From Octopus vulgaris (taxonomy: Eukaryota): 64,000 nucleotides of DNA. How positions within the stretch are numbered: the stretch's first letter is position 1; each line of letters begins with the position of its first letter. The notes beneath the pieces are model-generated. The model did no database searches, was not told the DNA's origin, and saw only the letters and a list, made by a program, of their open reading frames with translations. The stretch lies in assembly GCA_951406725.2 (NCBI GenBank), contig OX597840.1, forward strand, positions 39,990,001-40,054,000. Reading direction: 5' to 3'. This document shows, one piece after another, positions 42,676 through 55,151 of this stretch. The position numbers and the translations under genes were made by a program.

Positions 42676-43198
42676 ATTTTGTCCCAACCAAGGCTTGAGG
42701 TTACTGTAGCGTAAGGGGTTACAACCAAGGAAAAGGAGGGTCTCGAATATTCAAAAAATGTCAATTTGGAGAAAGATTAAGGGACTGAATATCATAGTCC
42801 ACAAGAAAACAAGAATTGGTAGTGAGTTCCAGCGAGCAGCGGTTCGAAGAAAGAAGCTGTTAGACTAAAAATGCTTACGGCTATCAAGAAGCTCAACAGA
42901 GAGGTGATATGACTGGGGAGGGAACTGAGGAACGAACACATTTAAAAGGACTGACAGGAACAACTAGACAAAAGTCCATCTGGGCAATGACCAGGGGGAA
43001 AATAATGAGAAAGAAACAATAAACATCCGTTTCTCCCTAGTAGAAAGAAGAGGACCCAGCATGTAAACAGGTCGATTGTAAATTCGACCAAGCAAGTTTA
43101 GACAATTAGGGAGCGCAGCGGCTTAAGGATTTCGTCAATACACAATACGAGTTCATATCGTGGCCTTACAGGGATAGAAGGTCTTCTCAGGTGTACGA
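42676..43198 (-). pseudogene. CR1/L2-group LINE 3' remnant
   Basis: Degenerate translation includes SNSFFLRTAARWNSLP and TPEKTFYPCKATI; possibly continues past the SINE B dimer to about 43700. Confidence 0.65.
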
Positions 43199-43614
43199 AA
43201 GGCGGCGAGCTGTCAGAGACGTTAGCACGCCGGGCGAAATGCTTAATGGTATTTCATCTGCTGTTACCTTCTGAGTTCAAATTCCGCCGAAGTCGACTTT
43301 GCCTTTCATCCTTTCGGGGTCGATTAAATAAGTACTAGTTATGCACTGGGGTCGATACAATCGACTTGATCCGTTTGTTTATCCTTGTTTGTCCCCTCTG
43401 TGTTTAGCCCCTTGTGGGTAATAAAGAAATATGTATTTCGTCTGCCGTTACGTTCTGAGTTCAAATTCCACCGAAGTCGACTTTGCCTTTCATCCTTTCG
43501 GGGTCGATTAAATAAGTACCAGTTACGCAATGGGGTCGATAAAATGGACTTAATCCGTTTGTCTGTCCTTGTTTGACCACTCTGTGTTTAGCCCCTTGTG
43601 GGTAGTAAAGAAAT
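43199..43614 (+). mobile_element. SINE B head-[body-tail1]x2
   Basis: Junction AATAAAGAAATATGTATTTCGTCTG; imperfect TSD GGTGTACGAAA / AGTCTACGAAA. Confidence 0.9.
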
Positions 43615-44281
43615 AAGTCTACGAAATTCGCGCGCACCGAAGATAGGTCTAATGCAGTGTAATATAGACATAGCCTAAGACGATTTTATTCTAGATTCAA
43701 CACATTTTTCATTCAAGGTTTTCCACGTGATCAGTGGACAAAAGAAAAAAATGTAAAACTAAGCTAGACTCGGTAAGATTCGAACTTAGAAGTGAGAGGA
43801 TGAAGGTAAGTAGCGAAAACTAATTTACCTCAATAATGTTGAGCCCAGCAAAACATTTCTTCCATACGACAGCAACTTCTATTTAATTCAATGCGACGTT
43901 GAAGATTAGATTTAACATCAGCAGGATTAAGTTTAGCAGGTATGAATTTTTCAAGGGGTCAGCTTCGGTCCCAACATATATACCACCATGCTTCTTAATT
44001 GGTCAATTATATTACACAACGGTAAGGAGAGGTAATCAGAGGGGAAAACTACCTTAAGTTTTTTACTTCTTTCATTCATTGGAGTACAGCCGACTAGTGT
44101 ACCATCTTTAAGGGCTTCGTCAAGCAAATCGACCCCAGCACTTGTCTGGTACTTAATCTATCGGTGTCTTTGACGAAATGCTATGTCACAGGGATATAAA
44201 GAAACCAACACCGGTTATCAAGCGGTGGTGCTCAGAGAAATACAATCAGAAATTCACGCATACACGTGTACACGCGCACGC

Positions 44282-44328
<47 letters not shown>

Positions 44329-44345
44329 CGCACACATGTATATCT

Positions 44346-44840
44346 GCCCAGTGGTTAGGACAGCGGACGCGCGGTCGTAGGATCGCAGTTTCGATTCTCA
44401 GACCGGGCATTGTGAGTGTTTATTGAACGAAAACACCTAAAGCTCCACGAATCTCCGGCAGCGGGGGAGGGGGTGAACCCTGCTGTAATCTTTCACCGCA
44501 AATTTCTCTCACTCTTTCTTCCTGTTTCTGTTGTACCTGTATTTCAAAGGCCTTGTTACACTCTGTCTCACGCTGAAATTTCTCCGAGAACTACGTTAAG
44601 GGTACACGTAGCTGTGGAGTGCTCAGCTACTTGCACGTTAATAAATGAGCTGCGACGTCACTGGTGCCAAGCCGTATCGGCTCCTTTGCCTTTCCCTTCG
44701 ATAACATCGGTTGCGTTGAGAAGGGAGACCGGTATGCATGGGCAACTGCTGGTCTTCCATAAACAACCTTACCCAGACTTGTACCTCAGGGGGTAACATT
44801 CTAGGTGCAATCCCACGGTCACTCATGACCGAAGGGGGTC
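44346..44840 (+). mobile_element. SINE family C head with a third, longer tail
   Basis: Shares sequence up to TTTCTCTCACTCTTTCTTCCTGTTTCT, then TGTTGTACCTG...GTGGAGTGCTCAGCTACTTGCACGTTAA...CATGACCGAAGGGGGTC. Confidence 0.8.
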
Positions 44841-44961
44841 ACAAGATATATATATATATTTATATAAATTAAATTAGAGATAAAACCACTATTAGGCAAC
44901 TCAAACAGCGATAGACATAAATAACAAAAAATATATGTTTGGATATACTCCCTAATATTAT

Positions 44962-45086
<125 letters not shown>

Positions 45087-45087
45087 G

Positions 45088-45242
45088 TAATATGGGAAAA
45101 TTATTCGGTAGCCAAGATAAAACTCTGAGTCTCGGATGCCGAGGTGGAAATCCACACCGCCATCTCTTCAGCTATCCGGCCATCGGAAAAATGTTATCTT
45201 TTAAGAGTTTTATCATGGCTACCGAATAATTGTCACATATTA
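45088..45242. repeat. Inverted repeat (about 40-bp arms) around a degenerate hammerhead-like motif
   Basis: AATTATTCGGTAGCCAAGATAAAACTCT versus AGAGTTTTATCATGGCTACCGAATAATT; minus strand CTGAAGA-GATG...CATC-CGAGACTC. Confidence 0.75.
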
Positions 45243-45319
45243 TTTTACAGATAAATTTCCTCTATTTACATAATGTTCGAGGTCTCCTTCTTTCTTTTGT
45301 TATCTTACCGTTTTTACCA

Positions 45320-45378
<59 letters not shown>

Positions 45379-45550
45379 GTTACCGTCTCCGAAATTCCCT
45401 CAGAAGTTATCGGTTGGCTCGAAGATATAGAAAGAAACGGTTGCCCAAGTTGGTGCGCTGTGAAACTGAACACAAAGCAAGGTGTTTGCTGAGCAAGGTG
45501 TTTGCAGAGCAAACTTCTTAACCTAACTGTTATATCTGCACCTAAGTGAA

Positions 45551-45925
45551 GAAGTGAATTCTGTCGCGTTTACGGATGATTTAAAGCTTCTTTATAGCAA
45601 AGACAAGAACCAGCTGGATACCTTAGTGAAAACGATAATACGATTATTAACGACATTGCGATGACTTTCGAAATCGAGAAATGTGTTAAGATAGTGGTGA
45701 AGAACGAGAAGCTCATAAAACCTACCGGAATAGATCTATCCTAATGATGAGAATATAAAATTATTAAACGTAGAAGAAACATATAAATATCTGGAGATAT
45801 ACGGGAGAGCGACAAAATCAAGAGCGTAGAGATGAAAGAATGTCTGAATACAAAATATATTTGTGCAGACATTTTAAAATCCGAATTGAATGCATGAAAC
45901 ATTACGTATGCAATCAGCCTCGGGA
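45551..45925 (+). pseudogene. Degenerate R4/Dong-like reverse transcriptase fragment
   Basis: VNSVAFTDDLKL / YSKDKNQLDTLVKTI / DIAMTFEIEKC / ETYKYLEI / ILKSELNA, with frameshifts; probable continuation at 46790-47200 (GVLKKETGRMI). Confidence 0.75.
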
Positions 45926-46225
45926 TAAAATCACTAATACTTTTAAGATTATCTCTAGAGATTTTCTGGAAAATTTTTATCGCTTGCACTGAAAGTTACA
46001 GTGATTCGTTTACGAATGAGTCCATGTAAACAGAGTAATCGAAGATAGAAAATTTGGTAATGAGTGTATATGCATATTTCGGGGGTTATTATTGTTTCTT
46101 CAGTACTGCATCTAACTATCCACGAAGGAATTACTTAATAGCCACTGACTTTAGTGGTGTAACACTATTGGCTGAACCAGTTTACATATTAAATACACCC
46201 CCGTCCACTGGTATTTACATATTGA

Positions 46226-46458
46226 AAAGGCGGCGAGCTGGCAGAAACGTTAGCGCGCCGGGCGAAATGCTTAGCGGTATTTCGTCTGCGTTACGTTGTG
46301 AGTTCAAATTCCGCCGAGGTCGACTTTGCCTTTCATCCTTTCGGGGTCGATAAATTAAGTACCAGTTACGCACTGGGGTCGATGTAATCGACTTAATACC
46401 TATGTCTGTCCTTGTTTGTCCTCTCTGTGTTTAGCCCCTTGTGGGTAATAAAGAAATA
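46226..46458 (+). mobile_element. SINE family B, full length, perfect 16-bp TSD
   Basis: TSD GGTATTTACATATTGA at 46210-46225 and 46459-46474. Confidence 0.92.
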
Positions 46459-47267
46459 GGTATTTACATATTGATTTCTATTTTTGTTAGAAGGCCTCCA
46501 AGTTCAGGAGAGGGGACAGGTCACTTATATCGACCCCATGGCTCGTCTGGTGCATACTATATAGGCGGGATTTGAACTCCAAACTTAATTTCTATGTTAC
46601 TAATTGCTGGTAGATACACCGTGCTTCGCTTTGCAATCACAAAATACTACCATATATTTGGTTATATATTACGGTTGCAAAACTACATACGGCGTTCCTA
46701 CCAGCAATTAATATCACTAATAAGATACAGCAATTAATATCTACCAGCAATTAATATCACTAATAAGATACAGGACAAAGAATATTATTGAATGGAGAAA
46801 GTGTGAGTCGGAGAACAACGACGGGAAGAACCGGAAGCAGTTCTCAATGTAGAGAGACATGCATATACCCACAGATGTGCATCGATGAGATTGCAGAACG
46901 AGAGAAGACAAGACTTGGTTCCAGTCTGGAAGTGAAGCAGAGAATATTCCTGAAAGGAGTTTATAAGTGAAGTGACTATATACAGAGTGTGAAGTAGAAA
47001 GAAAGCTGGAAATTGTGAATAGAGGAAAAAATTAAAATTTGGAGGATAGAATTCTTGCTCGGTGTTTTTCAAAAACGCAAAAAAATAAAATGAATGAGAT
47101 GGATTTCTGGCTTTGAATAAAAAAAAAAAAGGAGTCTTGAAGAAAGAGACCGGAAGAATGATCTTGGGACCAAAATAAGATGCCAGGAAAACTGGGAATA
47201 GACGTAGCGCAGAAGACATGTTTATTATATTTCGTTTTTGGATTTGGTTTGCAAGATTCTTTTAAGA

Positions 47268-47304
47268 CTATTGAAAAGGTTGCAAGACGCAACGAAAATT
47301 TTAG
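47268..47304 (+). ncRNA. Putative minimal hammerhead, U3-A8 core variant, in family F repeat (47233-47395)
   Basis: CTA-TTGAAAA-G-GTTGC(AAGAC)GCAAC-GAA-AATT-T-TAG. Confidence 0.5.
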
Positions 47305-47421
47305 AGAAATAAAAATAAGAAATAAGTGAAAATTTTACCGGTGAGTGTGTTAAATAATAAGGCACCAAAAGAAAATGATTCTCCCCAGGCACAACAGAAA
47401 GTGTTTATTATGTTTAGTGAG

Positions 47422-47600
47422 AATTTATCTGGAAACCCATTATACAAACTAAGAAAAGATGCGAACGAGTACCAGTTGTGAACTGGGGAGGTGTAATCGA
47501 CTTAAGTCCTCAATTTATCTGGAAACCCATTATACAAACTAAGAAAAGAGAGACCGAGTACCAGTTGTGAACTGGGGAGGTGTAATTGACTTAAGTCCTC
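47422..47600. repeat. About 90-bp tandem duplication including a SINE B piece
   Basis: AATTTATCTGGAAACCC...GACTTAAGTCCTC occurs twice. Confidence 0.9.
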
Positions 47601-47772
47601 CATCCAAAACCGTTGTTCTTTTACCAACATTTGAAACCATTTTTAAAAGATTTAAAGCCGCCAACCCGCAGAAATATCAGCGCAACGGACAAAGTTTTCG
47701 GTGACCCCTCTTCCAGTTCTACGTTCTATTCACTTACTGTCGATCACTCTATTCCAAGACTATATATGTTAC

Positions 47773-47847
<75 letters not shown>

Positions 47848-47852
47848 ATTTA

Positions 47853-48083
47853 AGGCGGCGAGCTGGCAGAAACGTTAGTGCGCCGGGCGAAATGCTTGGC
47901 GGTATCTCGTCTGCCGCTACGTTCTGAGTTCAAATTCCGCCGAGATCGACTTTGCCTTTCATCCTTTCGGAATCGATAAATTAAGTACCAGTTACGCACT
48001 GGGGTCGATGTAATCGACTTAATCCATGTGTCCGTCCTTGTTTGTCCCTTCTGTGTTTAGCCCCTTGTGGGTAGTAAAGAAAT
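47853..48083 (+). mobile_element. SINE family B, full length, tail 1
   Basis: AGGCGGCGAGCTGGCAGAAACGTTAG...GGGTAGTAAAGAAATA. Confidence 0.9.
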
Positions 48084-48236
48084 ATATACATATTACATAT
48101 TTATTTATATGTACATACTGCAGTGGTTTCAAGAACTGGTTAATCTCTAAAATATAATAAACACTATAACAATCCATATAACAGGCATTTATTGAACAGT
48201 TGAGACCATTGTGCTATTTCGTTTTAATTGACATGT

Positions 48237-49397
48237 GGCGTATGAGTGGCTGTGTGGTATGTAGCTTGCTTACCAGCCACATGGTTCCGGGTTCCGTCCC
48301 ACTGCGTGGCACCTTGGGCAAGTGTCTTCTACTATAGCCTCGGACCACCCAAAGCCTTGTGAGTGGATTTGGTAGGCGGAAACTGAAAGAAGCCCGTCGT
48401 ATATATATGTATATATATGGTTCAGTTCCACTGCATGGCACCTTGGGCAAGTGTCTACTACTATAGCCTCGGGCCGCTCAAAGCCATGTCAGTGGATTTG
48501 GTAGGCGGAAACTGAAAGAAGCCCGTCGTATATATATGTATATATATGGTTCAGTTCCACTGCGTGGCACCTTGGGCAAGTCTCTTCTACTATAGCCTCG
48601 GGCCGCTCAAAGCCATGTCAGTGGATTTGGTAGGCGGAAACTGAAAGAAGCCCGTCGTATATATATATGTATATATATGGTTCAGTTCCACTGCATGGCA
48701 CCTTAGGCAAGTGTCTTCTACTATAGCCTCGGGCCGCTCAAAGCCATATCAGTGGATTTGGTAGGCGGAAACTGAAAGAAGCCCGTCGTATATATATGTA
48801 TATATATGGTTCAGTTCCACTGCGTGGCACCTTGGGCAAGTGTCTTCTACTATAGCCTCGGGCCGCCCAAAGCCATGTGAGTGGATTTGGTAGGCGGAAA
48901 CTGAAAGAAGCCCGTCGTATATATATGTATATATATTGTTCAGTTCCACTGCATGGCACCTTGGGCAAGTCTCTTCTACTATAGCCTCGGGCCGCCCAAA
49001 GCCTTGTGAGTGGATTTGGTAGGCGGAAACTGAAAGAAGCCCATCGTATATATATGTATATATATGGATCAGTCCCACTGCGTGGCATCTTGGGCAAGTG
49101 TCTTCTACTATAGCCTCGGGCTGCCCAAAGCCTTGTGAGTGGATTTGGTAGGCGGAAACTGAAAGAAGCCCATCATATATATATGTATATATATGGTTCA
49201 CTCCCACTGCGTGGCACCTTGGGGAAGTATCTTCTACTATAGCCTCTGGTCGCCCAAAGCCGTGTGAGTAGATTTGGTAGGCGGAAACTGAAAGAAGCCC
49301 ATCGTATATATATGTATATATATGGTTCCATTCCACTGCATGGCACCTTAGGCAAGTCTCTTCTACTATAGCCTCGGGCCGACACAAGCCTTGTGAG
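48237..49397 (+). repeat. SINE A-derived tandem array, about 129-bp unit, about 9 copies
   Basis: One SINE head followed by repeats of GGTTCAGTTCCACTGC...GAAAGAAGCCCGTCGTATATATATGTATATATAT. Confidence 0.95.
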
Positions 49398-50027
49398 TCT
49401 CATAATAACTGGCATTTAGTTCACAGATTTTTAGCGGATTATAGTCTTCCGTATCTGCACATTTCCCCTTTTGGAATTTTTGGAACGTTTTACAAGATTC
49501 TTACATTGGCCAGCTTCTATTTACATTTAATTCTTCAGGATATCTTCCAGCATTCGTTGTTTGTGTTATTATCTGGTCCTTATCTAAATCGTATTGATTT
49601 TGTTAACTGAAATACAATGTATTCTGTGTTGTATCCTATTGTATATTTTAATATAAATCGTTGTTCGAAAAAAGAGCTGTTAAAACACGTTATAATATAC
49701 AACGCGAAACGACACAAAAAGAGAAAAATAAATATTAATTGCTTGATACAACGATTCTATAAGAATTCCAGAAATTATTAACAGAAGATTAGCAATGGAC
49801 ACATTATGTGTGTGTGTGTGTGTGTGTCTGTGAATGTGTATGTGTGTGTGTGTGTGTGTGTGTCTGTGAATGTGTATGTGTGTGTGTGTATGTGTGCGTG
49901 TGTCTGCCTGTGCATATATATACATAAGTATATGTACATGTACATGCATATATATTTATATACATACACGCACGCACACACATATATATATATATATAAA
50001 TGCATTTATATATATACATATATATAC

Positions 50028-50060
<33 letters not shown>

Positions 50061-50170
50061 TATAGATATATATACAGTAAGAGCGCGATCCATTAAAAAA
50101 TCTAGTATGGGATGAATTATACACGCATACATATATATAGACACAATATACGCATATATATATGTATATA

Positions 50171-50210
<40 letters not shown>

Positions 50211-51120
50211 TGTATGTATGTATGTATATATACATACACATATATATATATATGCGTGTATTGTGTCTACATATATGTATGCTTGTATATTCATTCCATA
50301 CTACATGTATGTATATGTATGTTTGTATGTATGTATGTATGCATGTATGTATGTACGTATATATGTATGTATGTATAAATGTATGTAAGTATAACCCTTC
50401 AGGTTAATGTAAAATAGTTTTTATTGCAACTGAACATCGAAACAAGCATTAATATATGTATACAAACATACATATATACATACGTGTGTGCGTATACATA
50501 TATATGTGTGTATATTTCTACTTCTATACATCCATTCTTACGTACATATATACATACATACCCTGCTGGTATGAATATCTCTTGGAATATCCGAGACAGA
50601 GTTAATAGCTAAACGCAACTGCTTTGAAGCCTTCCCATTCTCTCTACCCTTATTATAATTTCCTGTTTACATCAATAACAATTCGTCCACTCGGTTTTCT
50701 TATAAAATGCCGAAGTGACAATTTGCATCAGGTAAGGTTTCCAGAAAGACAAATCAACTAACTCTCTCATTACAAATACAATCTGAATCTGTAAGCGAAC
50801 CATAGATATATGCAAAACATTTTCAAAGTTCAATATGTGAATTTGTTTTCGTTCACAACATTCAAACGACGGAGCTGTGTGACTTTCTTAGAAACTATTT
50901 TCTTACAAGAAAATTCCATAAAGTAAAAAATAGAAGAAAAGATACATGCATATACACACGTACATACATACAAACTCTTGTATACATACGAGTATATATA
51001 TAGACATTTATATAAGCGACGTTGTCGATTCCTTCGACTAAAGATTTCGCAAGGTGCTCCAGCAGTCCGAAGTCTAATCACTGAAACAAGTAAAAGAAAA
51101 GGATGAAGAATATATATATG

Positions 51121-51287
<167 letters not shown>

Positions 51288-52031
51288 TAAATTAGAGATA
51301 AAACCACTATTAGGCAAATCAAACAATGAAAAACATAAACCAAAACATAAAAATAAACATAATGAAAATAATATATATAAAATATAAAATATAAAATTTA
51401 AATTTAAATTTTTTAATTCATTTTTATAAATTTTTATATTTTTTGAATATTTTTTTAAAATTTTAAATTAATAAATTTTAAAATTTTTTTTATTATTTTA
51501 TTTTTTTAAAAATATATATAATTATCAAAAAGTATTAAAAAGTTTAATACAAGATAATAAGTATATATACATTTACATACATACATATATACACAATATA
51601 CATGTATATATACTTGGCAGAAGTAAATAGACCCACTTATAATCGTTAAAATTTATCTAAATCTTAAATTATACATTCAAATTATTTATTAATTGTTATA
51701 ATTGTTATAATTTATTAATTGTTATAATTTATATTTAATATTTATATTAATTGTTATAATTTATATTTATTAATTGTTATAATTGTTATAATTTATTAAT
51801 TGTTATAAATTTAATATTAAGTAGGCATGCCCTTTTCTTTTTTCAACGCAAGGACCCTATTAGCCATGTTACTGATCAGATGAATATTCGCTTACGGGAT
51901 CTTTTGCTATGTTTCATGAGATAATCTGAAATGATTTGGTATTGAAGAAGCATTCATGTTCTTTGCACGGGAAACCTGCCTTTGTGTGGCGTGTTTCCCC
52001 ATTTTGTAAATTCGTTTTTCGGCTTTCTTAG

Positions 52032-52417
52032 CCATTTTCTGTTTTGAGCATGGCGACTTCAAAGCCATGAAGTCGTTCTTCGAGAAGAACGGTGGTCTCC
52101 TTGACAACGCTTATGACGTTGATTTCCTTACCCTGCCTTCCCCACAGCTTCATGAGGGAGGGAAAGACGGGGAGGAGCAACACAGGTGCAGGTGCGAGCA
52201 TGGACGCCGACACCGCCGCCGCCGCCGACACACGGAGAAATTTGGAAGGACCCAGACGACAGCTTCAGTCAACCACTGCTACGGACAACTCTGCCGCCGC
52301 CGCCACAGCCACCACCATCACCACCATCACCACCACAACCACCACCACCACCACCCCCACCATCACCACCACCACCACCACCACCACCACCACCACCACC
52401 ACCACTACCACCACTAG
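52032..52417 (+). CDS. Candidate coding exon, product unknown
   Basis: Acceptor-like TTCGTTTTTCGGCTTTCTTAG; GC-rich open frame IFCFEHGDFKAMKSFFEKNGGLLDNAYDVDFLTLPSPQ...poly-His; no recognisable domain. Confidence 0.25.
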
Positions 52418-52605
52418 CACCACAACCACCACCACCACCACTACCATCACCAGCACCACAACCACCACCACCTCTAGCACCACCAATACCACCACCACTA
52501 CTATCACCACCAGCACCACCATCACCACCATTAGCACCACCAATACCACCACCACCAGCAGCACCACCACCACCACCACCACCACCACTAGCACCACCAC
52601 CACCT
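52310..52605. repeat. Imperfect (ACC)n
   Basis: Seen directly. Confidence 0.95.
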
Positions 52606-52781
52606 GTCCAATATGTCCCAGGGGTGCTCAATAGTCTTCATATCTGGTGACCCGTCGGCTATGGAAGCTGTTATGCTTAGCAGATGCAAATCAACGTAGA
52701 AAAGTTTTTACGAAAAAAGGAGATTTTTTTTCGAAGCTATCATTAAAACAAATGCGGATATAATATTAACTTTTATCATTA

Positions 52782-53215
52782 TGAGAATCGGCTGAAATAT
52801 TCAAAGGCTGAACAAGACATTCTCATGGAATGCGACCAAATGAAGTTCATGTTTTAACGAAGTTCCTCTTACTGTCCACACACTTCCATCAATTTTACAT
52901 TGTTTGGATCATATTGGCGAAGATGTTATCCTGTTGGTCAAAAGAGTCAACAACACCAGATAAGCCGTCATCATCACGGCGATACAGGTGTCCAGCCGAG
53001 TGTTTTTTCATGTTGGGAAACAGATGATAATCAGATGCAACCAAATCACTAAAATACGGAGGGTGATCAAACAGTTCAAAGCCAGTCATACATAGCATCC
53101 ATTGAAACCAAGGACTTGTGTGCTGAAGCATTGTCCTAATGAAACAAAACCCTCTTCATCAAAACCCTGGGCGCTTGGTCTTAATAGCCTTAATAACCTC
53201 AGCAGGTTAGCATAT
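52782..53215 (-). pseudogene. mariner (DD34D-type) transposase 3' remnant
   Basis: KAIKTKRPG / VLFH*DNASAH / FELFDHPPYFSDLVASDYHLFPNMKK...WKCVD; degenerate TIR ending at TA near 52780. Confidence 0.88.
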
Positions 53216-53237
53216 AAGAACGCTTATATATAATATA

Positions 53238-53824
53238 CTAGCACTATGACCTGGCAACGCCGGGTCATTGTGCTAGTGCATGCATATACAGCTGCGTGCG
53301 TGCGCACATACACGCAAGTACTGTCCAAATCTCCGACCAATCACATACAGTTAGCTGGCATTCAATTGGCGTATCAAGTTTCAGGCATTTTGATTGGGTT
53401 TTGGATAGAAAATTCAGAAAAAAGTCACTTCTATTGATTTTTAATGGTTTTGTGGGGTGACTGGGGAAATGAAAAGATGTGCACGACCATCCGTGGTCGG
53501 TTTTGAATGACCATAGAAAGTGCGAGCCCTCTAACTGAAAAATTGTGGATTTGTATAAAGGACACACACGCAGACATTTTGCCGTTTATATATAGAGAGA
53601 TTTTGATTGGGTTTTGGGTAGAAAATTCACAAAAATGTCACTTCTATTGATTTTTTAATGGCTTTGCGGAGTGACTGGGGAAATGTAAAGATGTGCAGGA
53701 CTACCCTTGGAATGGTTTGAATGATCATAGAAAGTGCGAGCCCTCTATCTAAAAAATTGTGGATTTGTATAAAGGACACACACACACAGACAGACAGACA
53801 TTTTGTCGTTTATATATCTAGAGA
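53238..53824 (-). mobile_element. Non-autonomous Helitron-like element (family E) with duplicated 5' segment
   Basis: Minus-strand A|TCTC starts at 53824 and about 53600; 3' hairpin plus CTAG|T at 53238. Confidence 0.7.
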
Positions 53825-54766
53825 TAAGCGCTCCACGCTGCTTCCAAATACTTGTCAGAGAACAATTGTGTATTTGAAAGTTTTATTATTCTCCATTATG
53901 CTCAACATATATGCTTGCATTCGTATGAATCAGATTCTTGTATGTATATATGTGCGCTTGTGTGTGTGTCTGCATCATGGTTTATATATGTTGTGTGTAT
54001 GTGTGTGTTTTGTTCAGCTACGTAGCATCCACGCTAGCGTTACGATGGCGGGGGGCAGCAAGCAGCGGAGTTCGAAAGCCGTTTTATGACTTACTTCACT
54101 CAGCTCTTCAGTCTAGTTAACTTACAATCTACAATCTATAATGCTTAAGCTGTTATTTATGACCAGTTTGCCTACCGTATTTACACAATTAATCCTATTT
54201 ATGGAAATGCGTCTGAATTTTAATATGATTGTGATTATACTTAAATTTATGCTTCTAATTTCTCCTTCTCTCTTTCTCTCTCTCTCTCTTTCTCTGTTAT
54301 GTCTTTTCGTTTTTATCTACCTCCAAATACGTCGATCTCTTTTCATTCTGCTCTAATTATCTTAACTAGCCTCTCCGTAGAAGTTCTCCATTTTATAAGT
54401 GTTTTTATATCTATCTTTACGTTTATGCGTCTCCCAAAGTTTGTATCATTATCTTGACTATTTCATTTATATATGAAAGTCTGTTTGATATTTAAAGTTC
54501 TTTGGTGTGTAACACTCCAATCTGCATCGTTATTGTAAAGATTTCGCTTACATCTAAGATATCCTTCCATAGGGAAGTTTGTTAAATCTTTCCCAAGCGA
54601 TCTTCTTTCACCAACTTAAATATCTAGATATAATTCGATAGATACACCTAATTTTATATTAGTATTGAATTAGTTTATCGCTTTTAGTATGTTCAGAAAG
54701 TGCTTCTGTCACCAAATCCCCTAAGAAGTGACGGTATACCTACTCAATTTATTTTTCTCTTTTTAA

Positions 54767-55151
54767 TCTCAATATATATAAAGTTGTGTGTGTGTGGCAG
54801 GTTTGGTAGCCTTCAACTAACACTATCTCCTCCGAGACCCTGCAGCGCAAGTTGACCAAAATTGAGAGTATGATAGAAGAAGGCTTGCTTTTCCTTCCAT
54901 AGAAGAAAAAATTCAAATCGGACCATGTTAACACCAAAAATCATTTACATCAAAAAGGTGATTTTTTTCTATGAAAATCCCTATTTTTTACGATTTTTTT
55001 ACTGCTGTGTCGCCAATTTTCGGTGTATTTCAACCAGAAAAATATTCACTTAAAGAGAATAACAAGCTACATAATTGAAAAGTTTTATTTTTTTTAAATT
55101 TCAATTCTAAAGGGTCGAAACAAACCCGAACAACGCCGGGCAAACTGCTTG
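54767..55151 (+). mobile_element. Non-autonomous Helitron-like element, family D, complete
   Basis: A|TC start; end CCCGAACAACGCCGGG...CTTG|T; reverse complement of the 8750-9095 region. Confidence 0.75.

Noticed and set aside
44862-44920. ATAAATTAAATTAGAGATAAAACCACTATTAGGCAA repeated at about 51282
   Set aside because: A real short interspersed repeat fragment next to (TA)n, but too little sequence to classify.
48237-49397. CRISPR-like appearance of regular arrays (also 60281-61142)
   Set aside because: There are no unique spacers or cas genes; the units are SINE segments in a eukaryotic context.
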